A stretch of DNA of 64,000 nucleotides, from positions 224,001-288,000 of the forward strand of contig JBJBEO010000001.1 of NCBI GenBank assembly GCA_047284725.1, read 5' to 3'. The notes beneath the pieces were generated by a model, which did no database searches, was not told the origin of the DNA, and worked only from the letters and a program-made list of their open reading frames with translations. The translations under genes and the position numbers were made by a program. The stretch comes from Synechococcus sp. Its GTDB lineage: Bacteria; Cyanobacteriota; Cyanobacteriia; PCC-6307; Cyanobiaceae. Of this stretch, positions 8,800 through 19,638 are shown in pieces (within the stretch, counting starts at the first letter, position 1; every line of letters begins with the position of its first letter).

Positions 8800-10560
8800 A
8801 TGAAATTCTTCCAGCAACTGCTGGTCGCTCCTGCTGCACTGGGCCTGCTGGCTCCTGCAGCGGTGAACGCCAGCGACCTCAACATCGATGGTGTGTCTGA
8901 CTACGCCGGCGAGTCGTCATCCGGCAGCCTCGAGCAGGTCACCAGCATCACCCAGTTCTCCGACGTCTACCCCACCGACTGGGCGTATCAGGCTCTGAGC
9001 AACCTGATCGAGCGCTACGGCTGTGTGGCTGGCTACCCCAACGGCACCTACCGCGGCAACCGTGCGATGACCCGCTTTGAAGCGGCCGCACTGCTGAACG
9101 CCTGCCTCGACCGGATCACCGAAGTGACCGACGAGCTGAAGCGCCTGATGAAGGAGTTCGAGAAGGAACTCGCCATCCTCAAGGGCCGCGTGGACGGTCT
9201 GGAAGCCCGCGTGGGTGAGCTGGAAGCCACCCAGTTCTCCACCACCACCCGGCTGAAGGGCAAAACCACCTTCGTGCTGGGCGCCACCACCGCGGGTGGT
9301 GACAACGGCTTCCCCAGGAATGATCCCAATTTCAATAAAAAAGGCAGTCAAGGTGGGGCGAAGGCCTACAACCGCAATTTCGGTGCCTTCACCTTCAACT
9401 ATGACCAGAAACTGGCTTTTGATACCAGCTTCACAGGCAAAGACAAACTGCTGGTCCGACTTCGTGCCGGTAATTTCATCAAAGGAAAGAACGCCTTCTC
9501 TGGTTCTGGTGTGAATCTCACCGCCCTTGATGTGGCAACCGATTCCGGAGTGAGTGGCTCCAACACCGTTGCGAACAATGTGATCCTGGATCGTGTTTAC
9601 TACAGGTTCCCTGTGGGAAGCGAGTTCACAGCCTTCGTCGGTGCCGAAGGCCGCAACACTGAAGCTGTGGCGCTTTGGCCTTCGGTTTACAACAAAGGCG
9701 GTGCCAAGGTCCTTGATTGGACGGCCTTGATGGGCACCAGCGGTGTCTACAACAAGGAAACCGGTCCGCTGATTGGTGCTTACTGGAAGCAGACAGTCGA
9801 CAAGGGGGCCAACGCTTTCAGTGTGTCGGTCAACTATGTGGCGGATAGCGGTAACGGTGAAGTCTCCAACGCTCGCAATGGCGGCTTCATGACCGATAAC
9901 TCTGAAGCCAGCCTCCTGGCTCAGTTGGGTTACGGCGGCCCTCAGTGGGGTCTCGCCTTTGCCTATCGCTATGGCCAGTGCGACAGCGGCAATGGCCTGC
10001 GTCGCGGCACCGAGTTCGCCAAGAACAACACCTGGAACAACAACTGCGTTGCCGAGAACGACAACGGCGTGGAGAAGCGTTACAACAGCAGCGCCAACAG
10101 CTACGCCTTGAACGCTTACTGGCAACCCGAGGAGGCCGGTTGGATTCCTTCCATCTCCGCAGGCTGGGGAATCAACACGGTGAGTGCCGATCGTCTGGTC
10201 GAGGGCACTCCGGTTGAAACCCAGAGCTGGATGGTCGGCCTGAAGTGGGACGACGTGTTCCTCAAAGGCAACGACATGGGCTTTGCGGTTGGACAGCCCA
10301 CCTTCGCGACGAGTGTCGAACGATGCTCCAAGGCGTCGAGGAAGGCAGGCACCTGCAGCAACACCCCCTTCGACGGCAACTATGTCTTCGAGTGGTACTA
10401 CAACTTCCAGGTGACCGACAACATCGCCATCACGCCTGCAGTGTTCTATCTGTCCCGCCCCATGGGTCAGTACACCAGCAATCTGGTGAAGAACGGCAGT
10501 GGTTATGACGGTCAGTTCAATGTGTTTGGAGCGCTGGTGCAGACCACCTTCAAATTCTGA
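8800..10560 (+). CDS. som: Som-type outer membrane porin (SLH domain + beta-barrel), copy 2
   Basis: Same signal peptide, SLH and coiled-coil N-terminus as copy 1, divergent barrel, ends QTTFKF. Confidence 0.93.
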   Translation: MKFFQQLLVAPAALGLLAPAAVNASDLNIDGVSDYAGESSSGSLEQVTSITQFSDVYPTDWAYQALSNLIERYGCVAGYPNGTYRGNRAMTRFEAAALLNACLDRITEVTDELKRLMKEFEKELAILKGRVDGLEARVGELEATQFSTTTRLKGKTTFVLGATTAGGDNGFPRNDPNFNKKGSQGGAKAYNRNFGAFTFNYDQKLAFDTSFTGKDKLLVRLRAGNFIKGKNAFSGSGVNLTALDVATDSGVSGSNTVANNVILDRVYYRFPVGSEFTAFVGAEGRNTEAVALWPSVYNKGGAKVLDWTALMGTSGVYNKETGPLIGAYWKQTVDKGANAFSVSVNYVADSGNGEVSNARNGGFMTDNSEASLLAQLGYGGPQWGLAFAYRYGQCDSGNGLRRGTEFAKNNTWNNNCVAENDNGVEKRYNSSANSYALNAYWQPEEAGWIPSISAGWGINTVSADRLVEGTPVETQSWMVGLKWDDVFLKGNDMGFAVGQPTFATSVERCSKASRKAGTCSNTPFDGNYVFEWYYNFQVTDNIAITPAVFYLSRPMGQYTSNLVKNGSGYDGQFNVFGALVQTTFKF

Positions 10561-10617
10561 TCTGATTGGTGTGTAGGGCTCCCGCTGGTTGGGAGCCTTG
10601 CTGGTTGGTTGATGCCG

Positions 10618-10643
10618 AATCCGCCCACATTGGGCGGATTTTT
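10618..10643 (+). terminator. Intrinsic terminator after porin 2
   Basis: AATCCGCCCA-cat-TGGGCGGATT followed by a T-run. Confidence 0.8.
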
Positions 10644-10737
10644 GTTTGCAAATCACTTGGTTTGGCTGCCACCGCTTCCAGGTCGTCGTGGTTCTAAGGA
10701 GCAGCATCAGGGTCTGATCATCTGATTGGATGGCGAA

Positions 10738-11706
10738 ATGGGGATTGCTTCCGACATCACGGCTTTAGTGGGACGCACTCCGATGGTGCGCCTCAATCGT
10801 CTGCCGGCTGCCTTCGGCGCCAAGGCGGAGGTGCTCGCCAAACTGGAGAGTTTCAACCCCACCGCGTCGGTGAAAGACCGCATTGCCGGTGCCATGGTGC
10901 AGGCCGCGGAGGATGAGGGCACGATCACGCCGGGTCGCACGGTTCTAGTGGAGCCCACCAGCGGCAACACCGGGATCGCTTTGGCGATGGTGGCGGCGGC
11001 TCGGGGCTACCGACTCATCCTCACCATGCCCGACACGATGAGCACGGAGCGGCGGGCGATGCTGCGGGCCTACGGCGCTGAGTTGCAGCTCACCCCCGGT
11101 TCGGAAGGGATTCAGGGGGCCATCGATCTTGCCCAGGAGTTGGTGGCGGAGATCCCCGAGGCTTACCTGCTTCAACAGTTCGTCAATGCTGCCAATCCCG
11201 CGATCCATGAACGCACCACCGCAGAGGAGCTGTGGGCCGACACCGAGGGCCGCCTGGATGTGCTCGTGGCTGGTGTGGGCACCGGTGGCACGATCACCGG
11301 TTGTGCCCGTCTGCTCAAGACGCGACATCCTGAGCTGCAGGTGGTGGCGGTGGAGCCTGCAGGCAGTGCGGTCTTGAGCGGCCAGCCTGCCGGCCCCCAT
11401 CGCATTCAGGGCATCGGAGCAGGGTTTGTGCCGCCAGTGCTGGAGCAGGGGCTGATTGATGAGGTGATTGCGGTCAGCGATGAGGACGCGATGGTGATGG
11501 GCCGGCGTCTGGCCCGTGAGGAGGGCCTGCTCTGCGGGGTCAGCAGTGGCGCTGCGATGGCAGCGGCGCTGCAGTTGTCTCAGCGTCCGGAGTTCGACGG
11601 CAAACGGATCGTGGTGATTCTCGCCAGCTTTGGCGAGCGTTATCTCTCCACACCGATGTTCAGTTCGTCAGCGTCGTTGCCGCCGCGGCTGGGTGGACAT
11701 TTATGA
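10738..11706 (+). CDS. cysK: Cysteine synthase A
   Basis: [16 protein letters not shown] (PLP lysine), [26 protein letters not shown]. Confidence 0.95.
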   Translation: MGIASDITALVGRTPMVRLNRLPAAFGAKAEVLAKLESFNPTASVKDRIAGAMVQAAEDEGTITPGRTVLVEPTSGNTGIALAMVAAARGYRLILTMPDTMSTERRAMLRAYGAELQLTPGSEGIQGAIDLAQELVAEIPEAYLLQQFVNAANPAIHERTTAEELWADTEGRLDVLVAGVGTGGTITGCARLLKTRHPELQVVAVEPAGSAVLSGQPAGPHRIQGIGAGFVPPVLEQGLIDEVIAVSDEDAMVMGRRLAREEGLLCGVSSGAAMAAALQLSQRPEFDGKRIVVILASFGERYLSTPMFSSSASLPPRLGGHL

Positions 11707-12419
11707 GTGCATCGGGCGCCCTGGAGGGCCAAGACCGCGACCCCTATGCGGTGTTGGGGGTGTCGCTTCAGGCCAGTCAGGCTGAAATCAAGGCGGCCTA
11801 TCGCCGCTTGGTGAAGCAGCATCACCCGGATGCCGGTGGCGATGATCGGCGCATTCTTGTGCTCAATGCCGCCTGGGAAGTGCTTGGCGACACGGAACGC
11901 CGCCATCATTACGACAGCGTCCATGGCATGGCGGTGGCAGAGGCCCGCCGCCGGGGTGCGCGCAACGCCAGGGCCAGCCGAGCCGCCAGTGCGGCCAGTG
12001 GTCAGGGGGCCGCAGCGGACGATGCGTTGGTGCAGTGGCTGCAAACCGTCTATGCCCCGGTGGATCGTTGGCTCGGTCAGGTGATCAATCCTTTTCCGGC
12101 GGAGTACCGGGCGCTGTCGGCTGATCCCTACGACGATGCCTTGATGGAGGCGTTCTGTGCGTATCTCGAGGTCAGCCAGAAGAAACTGGAGAAGGTGAAG
12201 AGCCTCTATCAGTCGGTACCGGTGCCGGAGTCCGCCAGGGGGTTTGGCCTCAGCCTCTACCACTGCCTCTCCGAGGTGGAGGATGCGATCACTGAGCTGG
12301 AGCGCTACACGATGGGCTACGTGGACAGCTATCTCCACGACGGTCGTGAAATGCTGCGCGAAGCCAAACAGCGGCGGCAGCGTCTTCAGCAGGAACGCCG
12401 GCGTCTGGAGATTGGCTGA
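11703..12419 (+). CDS. J-domain (DnaJ-type) protein
   Basis: DPYAVLGV...[15 protein letters not shown]...[11 protein letters not shown]-domain with HPD motif. Confidence 0.88.
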   Translation: MSASGALEGQDRDPYAVLGVSLQASQAEIKAAYRRLVKQHHPDAGGDDRRILVLNAAWEVLGDTERRHHYDSVHGMAVAEARRRGARNARASRAASAASGQGAAADDALVQWLQTVYAPVDRWLGQVINPFPAEYRALSADPYDDALMEAFCAYLEVSQKKLEKVKSLYQSVPVPESARGFGLSLYHCLSEVEDAITELERYTMGYVDSYLHDGREMLREAKQRRQRLQQERRRLEIG

Positions 12420-14515
12420 TGGCCGCCTGGGTGTTCCGGTTGCTGCTGCTGCTGCTTTGGCTGTTGGCCACCTTGGTGGACCGCCTCTGGTGGCATCACA
12501 GCAACAGCATTCCCGCCTGGGATCAGGCCGACTACCTCAACAGTGCCCTTGATCACGGTCGGGCCCTGGGCCTCCTGCCAGGCGGTGGCTGGCAAGGCTG
12601 GGATGCCTTGCTGGATTTGTCGCCCAAGATTCCTCCGTTGGCGTCCCTGGTGAACGGCACGGTGATGGCGCTGGCCGGTGATGCGCCGGCGCAGGCTGCC
12701 TGGAGCCTCAGCCTCTGGCACGGCCTGTTGTTGTTGGTGGTGGCGGCGTGGGCGCTGGATTTGCGTCGCCCATTATCTGGAGCGCGGGGGTTTGCACTGT
12801 TGGCTGCAGCCCTGGTGACGCTGACACCCGCTCTGCTGGATCTTCGCGCTGACTACGTTCTTGAGATGCCGCTGACGGCGATGGTGACGTTGGCTCTTTG
12901 GCGGCTGAGTCGCTGGTGGCATCCCATCAGCGGTGGTCGCTGGCTGCAGGCGCTGACGGCGGCCATGGCCTGCTTGCTGGCGCTTCTGGTGAAACAGAGT
13001 GCCCTCCTGGTGCTGATGCCGCTGCTGGTGGTGTTGATCCACCAGGCCCTGGGGCAGGGTCAGGGGCGTCGCCTGCAGCTGCTGGTGGGCACGGGCCTGA
13101 TGGCAGCGGGCTTGTGGCCGTGGTTGCACCACAACTGGATCACCACCCTCGGTGGCACCAATCGAGCGGTGCTCGAGTCGGCTGCCCGCGAGGGTGATCC
13201 AGGGCCCTTCAGCCTCCAGGGTTGGCTCTGGTATCCACGTCTGCTGCCTGAGCAGGTGGGTGGTGTGGTGTTGGTGGTGGGTCTGGCCGGTGTGGTGCTC
13301 TGGGGCTGGCAGCGGCAACGGCAGGGCAAGGCGGCAGCAGAGTCTCCAACCAGTGGGGATGATCCCCTCGCCTGGCGTTGGCTGCTGATCAGCCTGGTGG
13401 CTGGATTTGTCGTCACGAACCTCAGTCCGAACAAGGACGACCGCTACATCGCCCCGTTGCTGCCGCCATTGCTGCTGCTCTTGGCGCGGGGGTGGTGGCA
13501 GTGGGGCCTTTGGCTTCAGCAACACTGGCCCCGCCGCAGCCGCTGGTTGGCGCCGGGGCTGTTGCTGCTTGGCCTTGGTGCCGGAGCCCAGGCCGGCGCC
13601 GTTGCCCAGTTCGAACGTCTGGCCGATCGTCGCGTGGGCCCTCTGGATCAGATCGTGCGCCGGGCCGGAGGGGCCGTTCCGGATGGTGAGCGCAGCACGG
13701 TGATCGTGGTGCCCAGCACAGCCGATCTCAATCAGCACAACGTCAGTTACTACGGCCGTCGCAATGGTGGCCAGGTCGTGGGCCGCCAGTTGGGCGGTAG
13801 CCGCCTTGATCGCGATCCGGTGCTGGCCCAGGCCCAGTGGGTGGTGCTGGCGGAGGGGGATCAGGGATCGGTGCGCAAGGCTGCCCGCAAGTTGGATCAG
13901 GCCGTGCGCAGCAGCGGTGTGTTTGAGGAGGTGGAACGTTTCCCAAGACCGGGGGGAGGCAGTTATTCGCTATGGCGTCGCCGGGCCGAAGCCCCCGCCG
14001 CCGTTGGGTTCGAGAGCCGTTTCCCCCGCTTTGCTTCAGGCCTGGCGGCAGGGCCGCAGGGCTTGGATCCCCTGTTCGCAGCCGTGGCGACCGAGCATAT
14101 GCTCGACGGCCATTTCCTCTACCGACAGGGGGCACGTCGACAGGCACTGCAACGCCTCGCCGCCAATCCTGATGATCTTCAGGCCCGCTGGACCCTCGCA
14201 CTGTTGGCGGTGCTGGCCAATCGCCCCGTTGACGCTGCCACGCACTTTGAGGTGTTGGAGCAGGCGCAGCCTGCGAATCCGTGGCCCAGTGCGTACCGCG
14301 CCGTGGTGACCCTGGCCGATTGGAACCCTTGGCGTGCAGCCGCGATCACGGCTGCCGCCCGTGAGCGGCACCCCGATCAACCGATCCTGATCGCCCTGGA
14401 TGATCTCAGCGCCGTGATGGCCGGAGCGCTCTGGCGTCTCCCGGGGCTGGTGCAGTCGCTTCCGAAGGCGGTGCTGCAGGTGGAGGCCGATCTTCAGGCG
14501 AAGCCTTCCAGCTGA
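12419..14515 (+). CDS. Membrane glycosyltransferase (ArnT/PMT-like) with helical, TPR-like C-terminus
   Basis: PAWDQADYL...PKIPPL...NKDDRYIAP motifs and many TM segments. Translationally coupled to the J-domain gene. Confidence 0.78.
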   Translation: MAAWVFRLLLLLLWLLATLVDRLWWHHSNSIPAWDQADYLNSALDHGRALGLLPGGGWQGWDALLDLSPKIPPLASLVNGTVMALAGDAPAQAAWSLSLWHGLLLLVVAAWALDLRRPLSGARGFALLAAALVTLTPALLDLRADYVLEMPLTAMVTLALWRLSRWWHPISGGRWLQALTAAMACLLALLVKQSALLVLMPLLVVLIHQALGQGQGRRLQLLVGTGLMAAGLWPWLHHNWITTLGGTNRAVLESAAREGDPGPFSLQGWLWYPRLLPEQVGGVVLVVGLAGVVLWGWQRQRQGKAAAESPTSGDDPLAWRWLLISLVAGFVVTNLSPNKDDRYIAPLLPPLLLLLARGWWQWGLWLQQHWPRRSRWLAPGLLLLGLGAGAQAGAVAQFERLADRRVGPLDQIVRRAGGAVPDGERSTVIVVPSTADLNQHNVSYYGRRNGGQVVGRQLGGSRLDRDPVLAQAQWVVLAEGDQGSVRKAARKLDQAVRSSGVFEEVERFPRPGGGSYSLWRRRAEAPAAVGFESRFPRFASGLAAGPQGLDPLFAAVATEHMLDGHFLYRQGARRQALQRLAANPDDLQARWTLALLAVLANRPVDAATHFEVLEQAQPANPWPSAYRAVVTLADWNPWRAAAITAAARERHPDQPILIALDDLSAVMAGALWRLPGLVQSLPKAVLQVEADLQAKPSS

Positions 14516-14748
14516 GCCAGCTTCAGCCACACATCAGGCACGGGGCGCCGCCAGCGCACCTGGGCGAAGTCGCCTTTCACCACCAGGATTTCACCGGGGC
14601 CCTCGAAGATGTACTCCGGGGGGGTGGGGTCACTGGCTCCAGCCTCAACGCTGCCGGCATAAGCCTGACGCTTGACCCGCACCAAGGCGCCTTTCTTGAG
14701 GGCGGTGGGCTTGGCCTTGGCAGGCGCCGCAGTGTCGGTATCGGCCAT
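14494..14748 (-). CDS. ndhO: NAD(P)H-quinone oxidoreductase subunit O
   Basis: LKKGALVRV...[23 protein letters not shown]...[11 protein letters not shown], the NdhO signature. Start at ATG 14748. Confidence 0.9.
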   Translation of the reverse strand: MADTDTAAPAKAKPTALKKGALVRVKRQAYAGSVEAGASDPTPPEYIFEGPGEILVVKGDFAQVRWRRPVPDVWLKLAQLEGFA

Positions 14749-14838
14749 CAAGACGGGAGGTGCTGACGGCCAGGCTAGAACCTGCCGCCGGTGGAGCAGC
14801 ATGGTTCGTAGCCTCGGACCCTGAAGACAAGGGATCCC

Positions 14839-15771
14839 ATGCGTCTGCTGCTGCTTGGTTGCACCGGTCTGGTGGGGCGTGAACTGGTGCCAACATTGTT
14901 GGCCGCAGGTCATCAGCTCACGCTGGTGAGCCGTCGGCCCCAGGCGTCGCTGGCGTGGGCACGTTCGTTACGGGTGGATTGGCTGCAGCAGGATCCCGCC
15001 TCCGACTCCAGCTGGCAGAACGGCGGTGCCTTGCATCAGGCTCTGGCCTCCGCGGATGGGGTGGTGAATCTGGCTGGTGAGCCGATCGCTGAACAACGCT
15101 GGACGGCGGCCCATTTGCAGTTGCTGCACGACAGCCGCATCGCCACCACCCAACACCTCGCGTCAGCGATGCAGGCCCTCGATCAGCCCCCTTCCGTTCT
15201 GGTGAACGCCTCTGCCGTCGGCTTCTACGGCACAAGCGACGAAGCCACCTTCGTGGAATCCAGCCCAGCAGGCAATGACGTGCTCGGCAGACTCTGCTCC
15301 GGGTGGGAGGCTGCTGCGTCAGTCCGTCCTGAGGGCACCCGGTTGGTAGTGGTGCGCATCGGCATCGTGCTCGCCGCCGATGGCGGTGCCCTTGGCAAAA
15401 TGCTGCCGGTGTTCCGCGCTGGTTTTGGTGGACCGATTGGTTCAGGTCGCCAATGGATGAGCTGGATTCACCGCAGCGATCTGTGTGCCTTGATCCTCCA
15501 GGCTCTCACCGACACCGCCATGGACGGGGTGGTGAATGGTGTGGCTCCTGAGCCTGTGAGCATGGCTAGCTTTGCCTCAGCTCTGGGCAGCTGCCTTGGA
15601 CGCCCCAGCCTGCTGCCGGTGCCAGGCCCGGTCTTGCATCTGCTCCTGGGGGATGGTGCCCGGGTGGTGCTCGATGGTCAGCAGGTGCGCTCGGAGCGCT
15701 TATCCCAGTTTGGCTTCAGGTTTCGCTACCCCCACCTGCCTGAAGCCCTCGCCGCTGCCACCACGACGTGA
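14839..15771 (+). CDS. TIGR01777-family NAD-dependent epimerase/oxidoreductase
   Basis: GCTGLVG Rossmann motif, VVNLAGEPIAEQRWT, GSGRQWMSWIH. Confidence 0.88.
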   Translation: MRLLLLGCTGLVGRELVPTLLAAGHQLTLVSRRPQASLAWARSLRVDWLQQDPASDSSWQNGGALHQALASADGVVNLAGEPIAEQRWTAAHLQLLHDSRIATTQHLASAMQALDQPPSVLVNASAVGFYGTSDEATFVESSPAGNDVLGRLCSGWEAAASVRPEGTRLVVVRIGIVLAADGGALGKMLPVFRAGFGGPIGSGRQWMSWIHRSDLCALILQALTDTAMDGVVNGVAPEPVSMASFASALGSCLGRPSLLPVPGPVLHLLLGDGARVVLDGQQVRSERLSQFGFRFRYPHLPEALAAATTT

Positions 15772-15991
15772 TCCCGCTCACCAGGGCTGACGCGATCAAC
15801 AGGCCGATGGCTGGTGTGAACAGAGGATCCCACAGCTGCTGAAACAGCCGCAGCGGTGCTTTCACACCCTGGCTGCTGGCCACGATGGCGGCGCCAAACC
15901 AGCCTGCGCCGGCCAGCACCAGAAAGACATCCAGCACCAGCAGGCGGTCGAGCCAGAGTTTCCAGAGGGGTTGCTTGGCTGGGGCACTCAT
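15716..15991 (-). CDS. Small two-TM hypothetical membrane protein
   Basis: 91 aa with two hydrophobic segments. Start overlaps the stop of the upstream gene (ATGA coupling). Confidence 0.7.
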   Translation of the reverse strand: MSAPAKQPLWKLWLDRLLVLDVFLVLAGAGWFGAAIVASSQGVKAPLRLFQQLWDPLFTPAIGLLIASALVSGITSWWQRRGLQAGGGSET

Positions 15992-17217
15992 GGTGATTGC
16001 GGGGCGGCGGTTGGCTTGGTGGTCAGCAGGTGGGTGATGGCGGTCGCCATGGATTCAGCTCCTCCTGTGCGGCCCAGTCGTTCCTCTGCCTGTTGGCGGC
16101 AGAGCTGTTCAAGTTGCTGATCATGAACGCTGCGCTCCAGCAGGTCCAGTGCCAGCTGGACGGTGGCCAGCACCGTGGCGTCCTCCCCGCTGTCACCGTC
16201 CGCGCAGAACACCGTGGGCCCCAGCAGCCGCCGCTGCGCTTCCGCGAAGCTGGCTGTGAATTGCGGTCCCGCTCCAGCCATCTGCAAGACGGGTTTGGCG
16301 AGGCCGACAGCCTGTTCCGTGGCTGTGCCGGCCATCGCCAGCACCAGGTTGGCGTTTTGCACCACCGACGGAAAGGCCCCCCGGTGCACCAGCACCTGAC
16401 GGGGGCCCTTGACAAGCCGCTTGGCGTCTGCGGATGAGGGGCTGGCTGGGTGTAACTCCCAGCCCAACGTTGCCACCAGTGCACCCAGGCTCTGATCGCT
16501 GAGGGCGCGGATCAAGGCCAGGTCGACCGCCAGCTCTCCTTTGCTGAACAGGGGAGCTGGCAGGTCCTGAATCACGCGCAGCAGCAGCAGCAGGTTGTGT
16601 TCGAGTTCAGGCCGGCGGCTGCCGGGCAGGAGGGCCAGGCGCCGTCGTCCCGGCAGGGGTGGGGCCTCTGTCAGCACTGGATCCATGAAGGGGTTGCCGA
16701 CAAATCGCACCGGCCGACCCAGTTGCTCACTGAGGTCTTCCGCCGTGAGCAGGTCTCGGCTGAAGACGGCATGGAACCGTTCACTGGCCAAACAAGCGCC
16801 GCAGGGCCAGGGCAGATTGAGCCGACCTTCGTAATGGCTGGAGTAGGCCACCAGGTAGGTGGCCGCTGGCCGTCCGCAGAGCCAGGCGGCCATCACCGGA
16901 ATGACATCGCCGATCACCACCACGAGGTCGTAGCGACGACGAATCCGCAGCAGCCTCAGCAGGGCCTGCAGCAGATGCAGCACCTGGCCCTGGATCAGTT
17001 CCGTCAGTCGTCCACGCAGGCTTGTGTAACCCAGGCCGCCGGTGCTGAATTCACGCGTGCTCACGACCACGGGAATCTGGCCATCCCTGTAGGGCTGACC
17101 GCGGCCGACAAGAGGCAGGGCATCCACCTGATGGCCTCGCTTCAGGAGTGCCTGGCCCAGCAGTGCTCCGGAGAGGTCTTCTCCATGGCCGTTGCTCAGC
17201 AGCAGCAGCCTGGCCAC
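15988..17217 (-). CDS. Lipid-A-disaccharide synthase-related protein (LpxB-like)
   Basis: LLSNGHGED, STGGLGY, GNPFMD, LLPGSR, MAGTATEQAVGLAKP, GPQFT motifs. Confidence 0.85.
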   Translation of the reverse strand: MARLLLLSNGHGEDLSGALLGQALLKRGHQVDALPLVGRGQPYRDGQIPVVVSTREFSTGGLGYTSLRGRLTELIQGQVLHLLQALLRLLRIRRRYDLVVVIGDVIPVMAAWLCGRPAATYLVAYSSHYEGRLNLPWPCGACLASERFHAVFSRDLLTAEDLSEQLGRPVRFVGNPFMDPVLTEAPPLPGRRRLALLPGSRRPELEHNLLLLLRVIQDLPAPLFSKGELAVDLALIRALSDQSLGALVATLGWELHPASPSSADAKRLVKGPRQVLVHRGAFPSVVQNANLVLAMAGTATEQAVGLAKPVLQMAGAGPQFTASFAEAQRRLLGPTVFCADGDSGEDATVLATVQLALDLLERSVHDQQLEQLCRQQAEERLGRTGGAESMATAITHLLTTKPTAAPQSP

Positions 17218-17218
17218 C

Positions 17219-17641
17219 TCAGAGCTCCAGCCAGGTCTTCAGTTTGGTGAGAGCTGGCCAGCCGGGCTTGCGGTTGAGGCCATCCGCGATCGATGCCTTC
17301 AGTTCATCGCCCACGTCCGGTGCCAGAGCGAGCACTTGCTGCACCACTTGCACCTGATCACGCACGCCTTTGGCATGGGTTTCCAGCATGGCCAGGCTGA
17401 GGTTGATCCGGGCCTGGGGATCCTGGCCATTGAGCTTCACCGCCAGCCGGGCGGAGCGCAGGGCTTCCTCCGGTTGATCGCAGAGCAACTGCAGCCAGGC
17501 CAGGCAGGTCCAACCGGCCGATTGCCGGGGTGCGGCATTGGTGATGGCGACAAAGTCTTCAAGCACCTCGCTGGCGTCAGCACCGTTTTGGTAGCGGTCC
17601 ATCGCCTGCTCGAACAGACTTTCCTCGTGCGCTTCGGTCAC
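17219..17641 (-). CDS. TPR-like conserved hypothetical protein
   Basis: Helical repeats (AGWTCLAWLQL...ALRSARLAVKLNGQDPQARINLSLA). Start placed at GTG 17641, downstream of the iscA stop. Confidence 0.75.
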   Translation of the reverse strand: MTEAHEESLFEQAMDRYQNGADASEVLEDFVAITNAAPRQSAGWTCLAWLQLLCDQPEEALRSARLAVKLNGQDPQARINLSLAMLETHAKGVRDQVQVVQQVLALAPDVGDELKASIADGLNRKPGWPALTKLKTWLEL

Positions 17642-17687
17642 CGTTCCGCTTGGGATTGCAGTGCTTTCAGGTTCCCATGCAGCCGGC

Positions 17688-18065
17688 TCAAACGGCGAAG
17701 GAGCTGCCGCAGCCACAGGTCTGGCTGGCGTTGGGGTTGGTGAAGTTGAACCCGCCACCGATCAGGGCCGTACTGAAATCGAGCTGCATGCCATAGATGT
17801 AGAGCAGACTCTTGGGATCACACACCACCTGGAAGCCGGCACCGTCAGGGGCTGTGTAGTCGTAGACCTCGTCGCCTTCCTGGATGTCGGAGCTGGGAAC
17901 GAAATCCATGGTGTAGCTCATGCCGCTGCAGCCTCCGGAGCGGACACCAACCCTCAGCATCTGGTTGTCGCCTTGCTCGCCACAGAGCTTGGCCAGTTGT
18001 TGCATCGCCGGATCGGTGATCTGAATGCCTTTGCCGTCCTTGGCGGTGTGGGCGATGGCGGTCAT
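17688..18065 (-). CDS. iscA: A-type Fe-S cluster carrier (IscA/HesB family)
   Basis: GGCSGMSY and [14 protein letters not shown] motifs. Confidence 0.9.
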   Translation of the reverse strand: MTAIAHTAKDGKGIQITDPAMQQLAKLCGEQGDNQMLRVGVRSGGCSGMSYTMDFVPSSDIQEGDEVYDYTAPDGAGFQVVCDPKSLLYIYGMQLDFSTALIGGGFNFTNPNASQTCGCGSSFAV

Positions 18066-18157
18066 GGCGTGGGATTAATCCGGTCTCCTCACTGTATGGA
18101 GGCCCGTTGTTGGCTGCCGCATTCATAGAGTCATGCCGTTGTTGGCGGATGCAGCTG

Positions 18158-19630
18158 GTGCGGGTCGCGATCGTTGGTTCGGGTCTGGCAGGGCTGTCAG
18201 CGGCTGTGGATCTGGTGGACGCTGGCCATCAGGTCGATCTTTACGAAGCCCGCCCCTTCATGGGCGGCAAGGTGGGCAGCTGGGAAGACGACGACGGCAA
18301 TCACATCGAGATGGGATTGCATGTGTTCTTTTTCAATTACGCCAATCTCTTTGCATTGATGCGCAAAGTGGGCGCGATTGACAATCTTCTGCCCAAGGAT
18401 CACACCCATCTGTTCTGCAACCGCGGTGGTGATCTCCGCGAACTGGACTTCCGTTTTGCCCTCGGGGCTCCTTTCAACGGCCTGAAGGCGTTCTTCACGA
18501 CGCCGCAGCTCACCTGGATCGACAAGCTCCGCAATGCCCTGGCCTTGGGCACCAGTCCGATCGTGCGCGGCCTCGTGGATTACGAGGGTGCGATGCGCAC
18601 GATCCGTGCCCTTGATTCCGTCAGCTTTCAAGACTGGTTCGTGGGTCATGGCGGGAGCATGGAGAGCATCCGCCGCATGTGGAATCCGATTGCCTATGCC
18701 CTTGGCTTCATCGATTGCGAGGCGATTTCGGCCCGCTGCATGCTCACCATTTTCATGATGTTCGCGGCCAAGACCGAAGCCTCCAAGCTCAACCTGCTCA
18801 AAGGCTCTCCGCACCGCTGGCTCACCGGCCCGATTCTTGACTACATCCAGGCTCGCGGCGCCACGTTGCACCTGCGTCATCGGGTCAAACAGGTGCATTG
18901 CACCGAAGGGGATGCTCCCCAGGTCACAGGCCTCACCCTCGGGACCCCTGAGGGCGAAATGAAGGTGCACGCCGATGCCTACCTGGCCGCCTGTGATGTG
19001 CCTGGCATCCAGCGCCTGCTGCCTGCGGAATGGCGACGCTTCCCCCTGTTTGAGGCCATTCACCATCTTGAGGCGGTTCCCGTCGCCACCGTGCAGCTGC
19101 GCTACGACGGATGGGTCACGGAACTGGGGGATGGGGCCAGAGAGGAGCAGCGCCGTCGTGACCTCTCCACGCCCGCTGGGTTGAACAACCTGCTTTACAC
19201 CGCAGATGCTGATTTCAGCTGCTTCGCTGACTTGGCTCTGGCCAGCCCCGAGGATTACCGCAAGCCTGGCGTGGGCTCCCTGTTGCAGTGTGTGCTCACC
19301 CCTGGTGATCCCTGGATTCCCAGATCGGTGGAGGAGATCGTCGCCCACACCGACGCCCAGGTGCGTGAGTTGTTCCCCTCAGCCAAGGGGTTGTCGCTCG
19401 TGTGGAGCAACGTGGTGAAGCTGGCTCAGTCTCTCTATCGGGAAGCTCCTGGGATGGAGCCGTATCGCCCCGACCAGCGCACCCCGGTGGAGAACTTCTA
19501 CCTGGCAGGCAGCTACACACGCCAGGACTACATCGATTCCATGGAGGGGGCCACCATGAGCGGTCATCTGGCTGCAGCTGCCATCCTGGGGCGGTCGGCC
19601 CAGCTGGCCACCAATGCCGCTGTTGCCTGA
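18158..19630 (+). CDS. crtQ: Zeta-carotene desaturase
   Basis: [42 protein letters not shown]. Start at GTG 18158 or ATG 18149. Confidence 0.92.
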   Translation: MRVAIVGSGLAGLSAAVDLVDAGHQVDLYEARPFMGGKVGSWEDDDGNHIEMGLHVFFFNYANLFALMRKVGAIDNLLPKDHTHLFCNRGGDLRELDFRFALGAPFNGLKAFFTTPQLTWIDKLRNALALGTSPIVRGLVDYEGAMRTIRALDSVSFQDWFVGHGGSMESIRRMWNPIAYALGFIDCEAISARCMLTIFMMFAAKTEASKLNLLKGSPHRWLTGPILDYIQARGATLHLRHRVKQVHCTEGDAPQVTGLTLGTPEGEMKVHADAYLAACDVPGIQRLLPAEWRRFPLFEAIHHLEAVPVATVQLRYDGWVTELGDGAREEQRRRDLSTPAGLNNLLYTADADFSCFADLALASPEDYRKPGVGSLLQCVLTPGDPWIPRSVEEIVAHTDAQVRELFPSAKGLSLVWSNVVKLAQSLYREAPGMEPYRPDQRTPVENFYLAGSYTRQDYIDSMEGATMSGHLAAAAILGRSAQLATNAAVA

Positions 19631-19638
19631 GGATATCG

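Noticed and set aside
8917..10707. 596-aa minus-strand ORF
   Set aside because: Antisense shadow of porin 2
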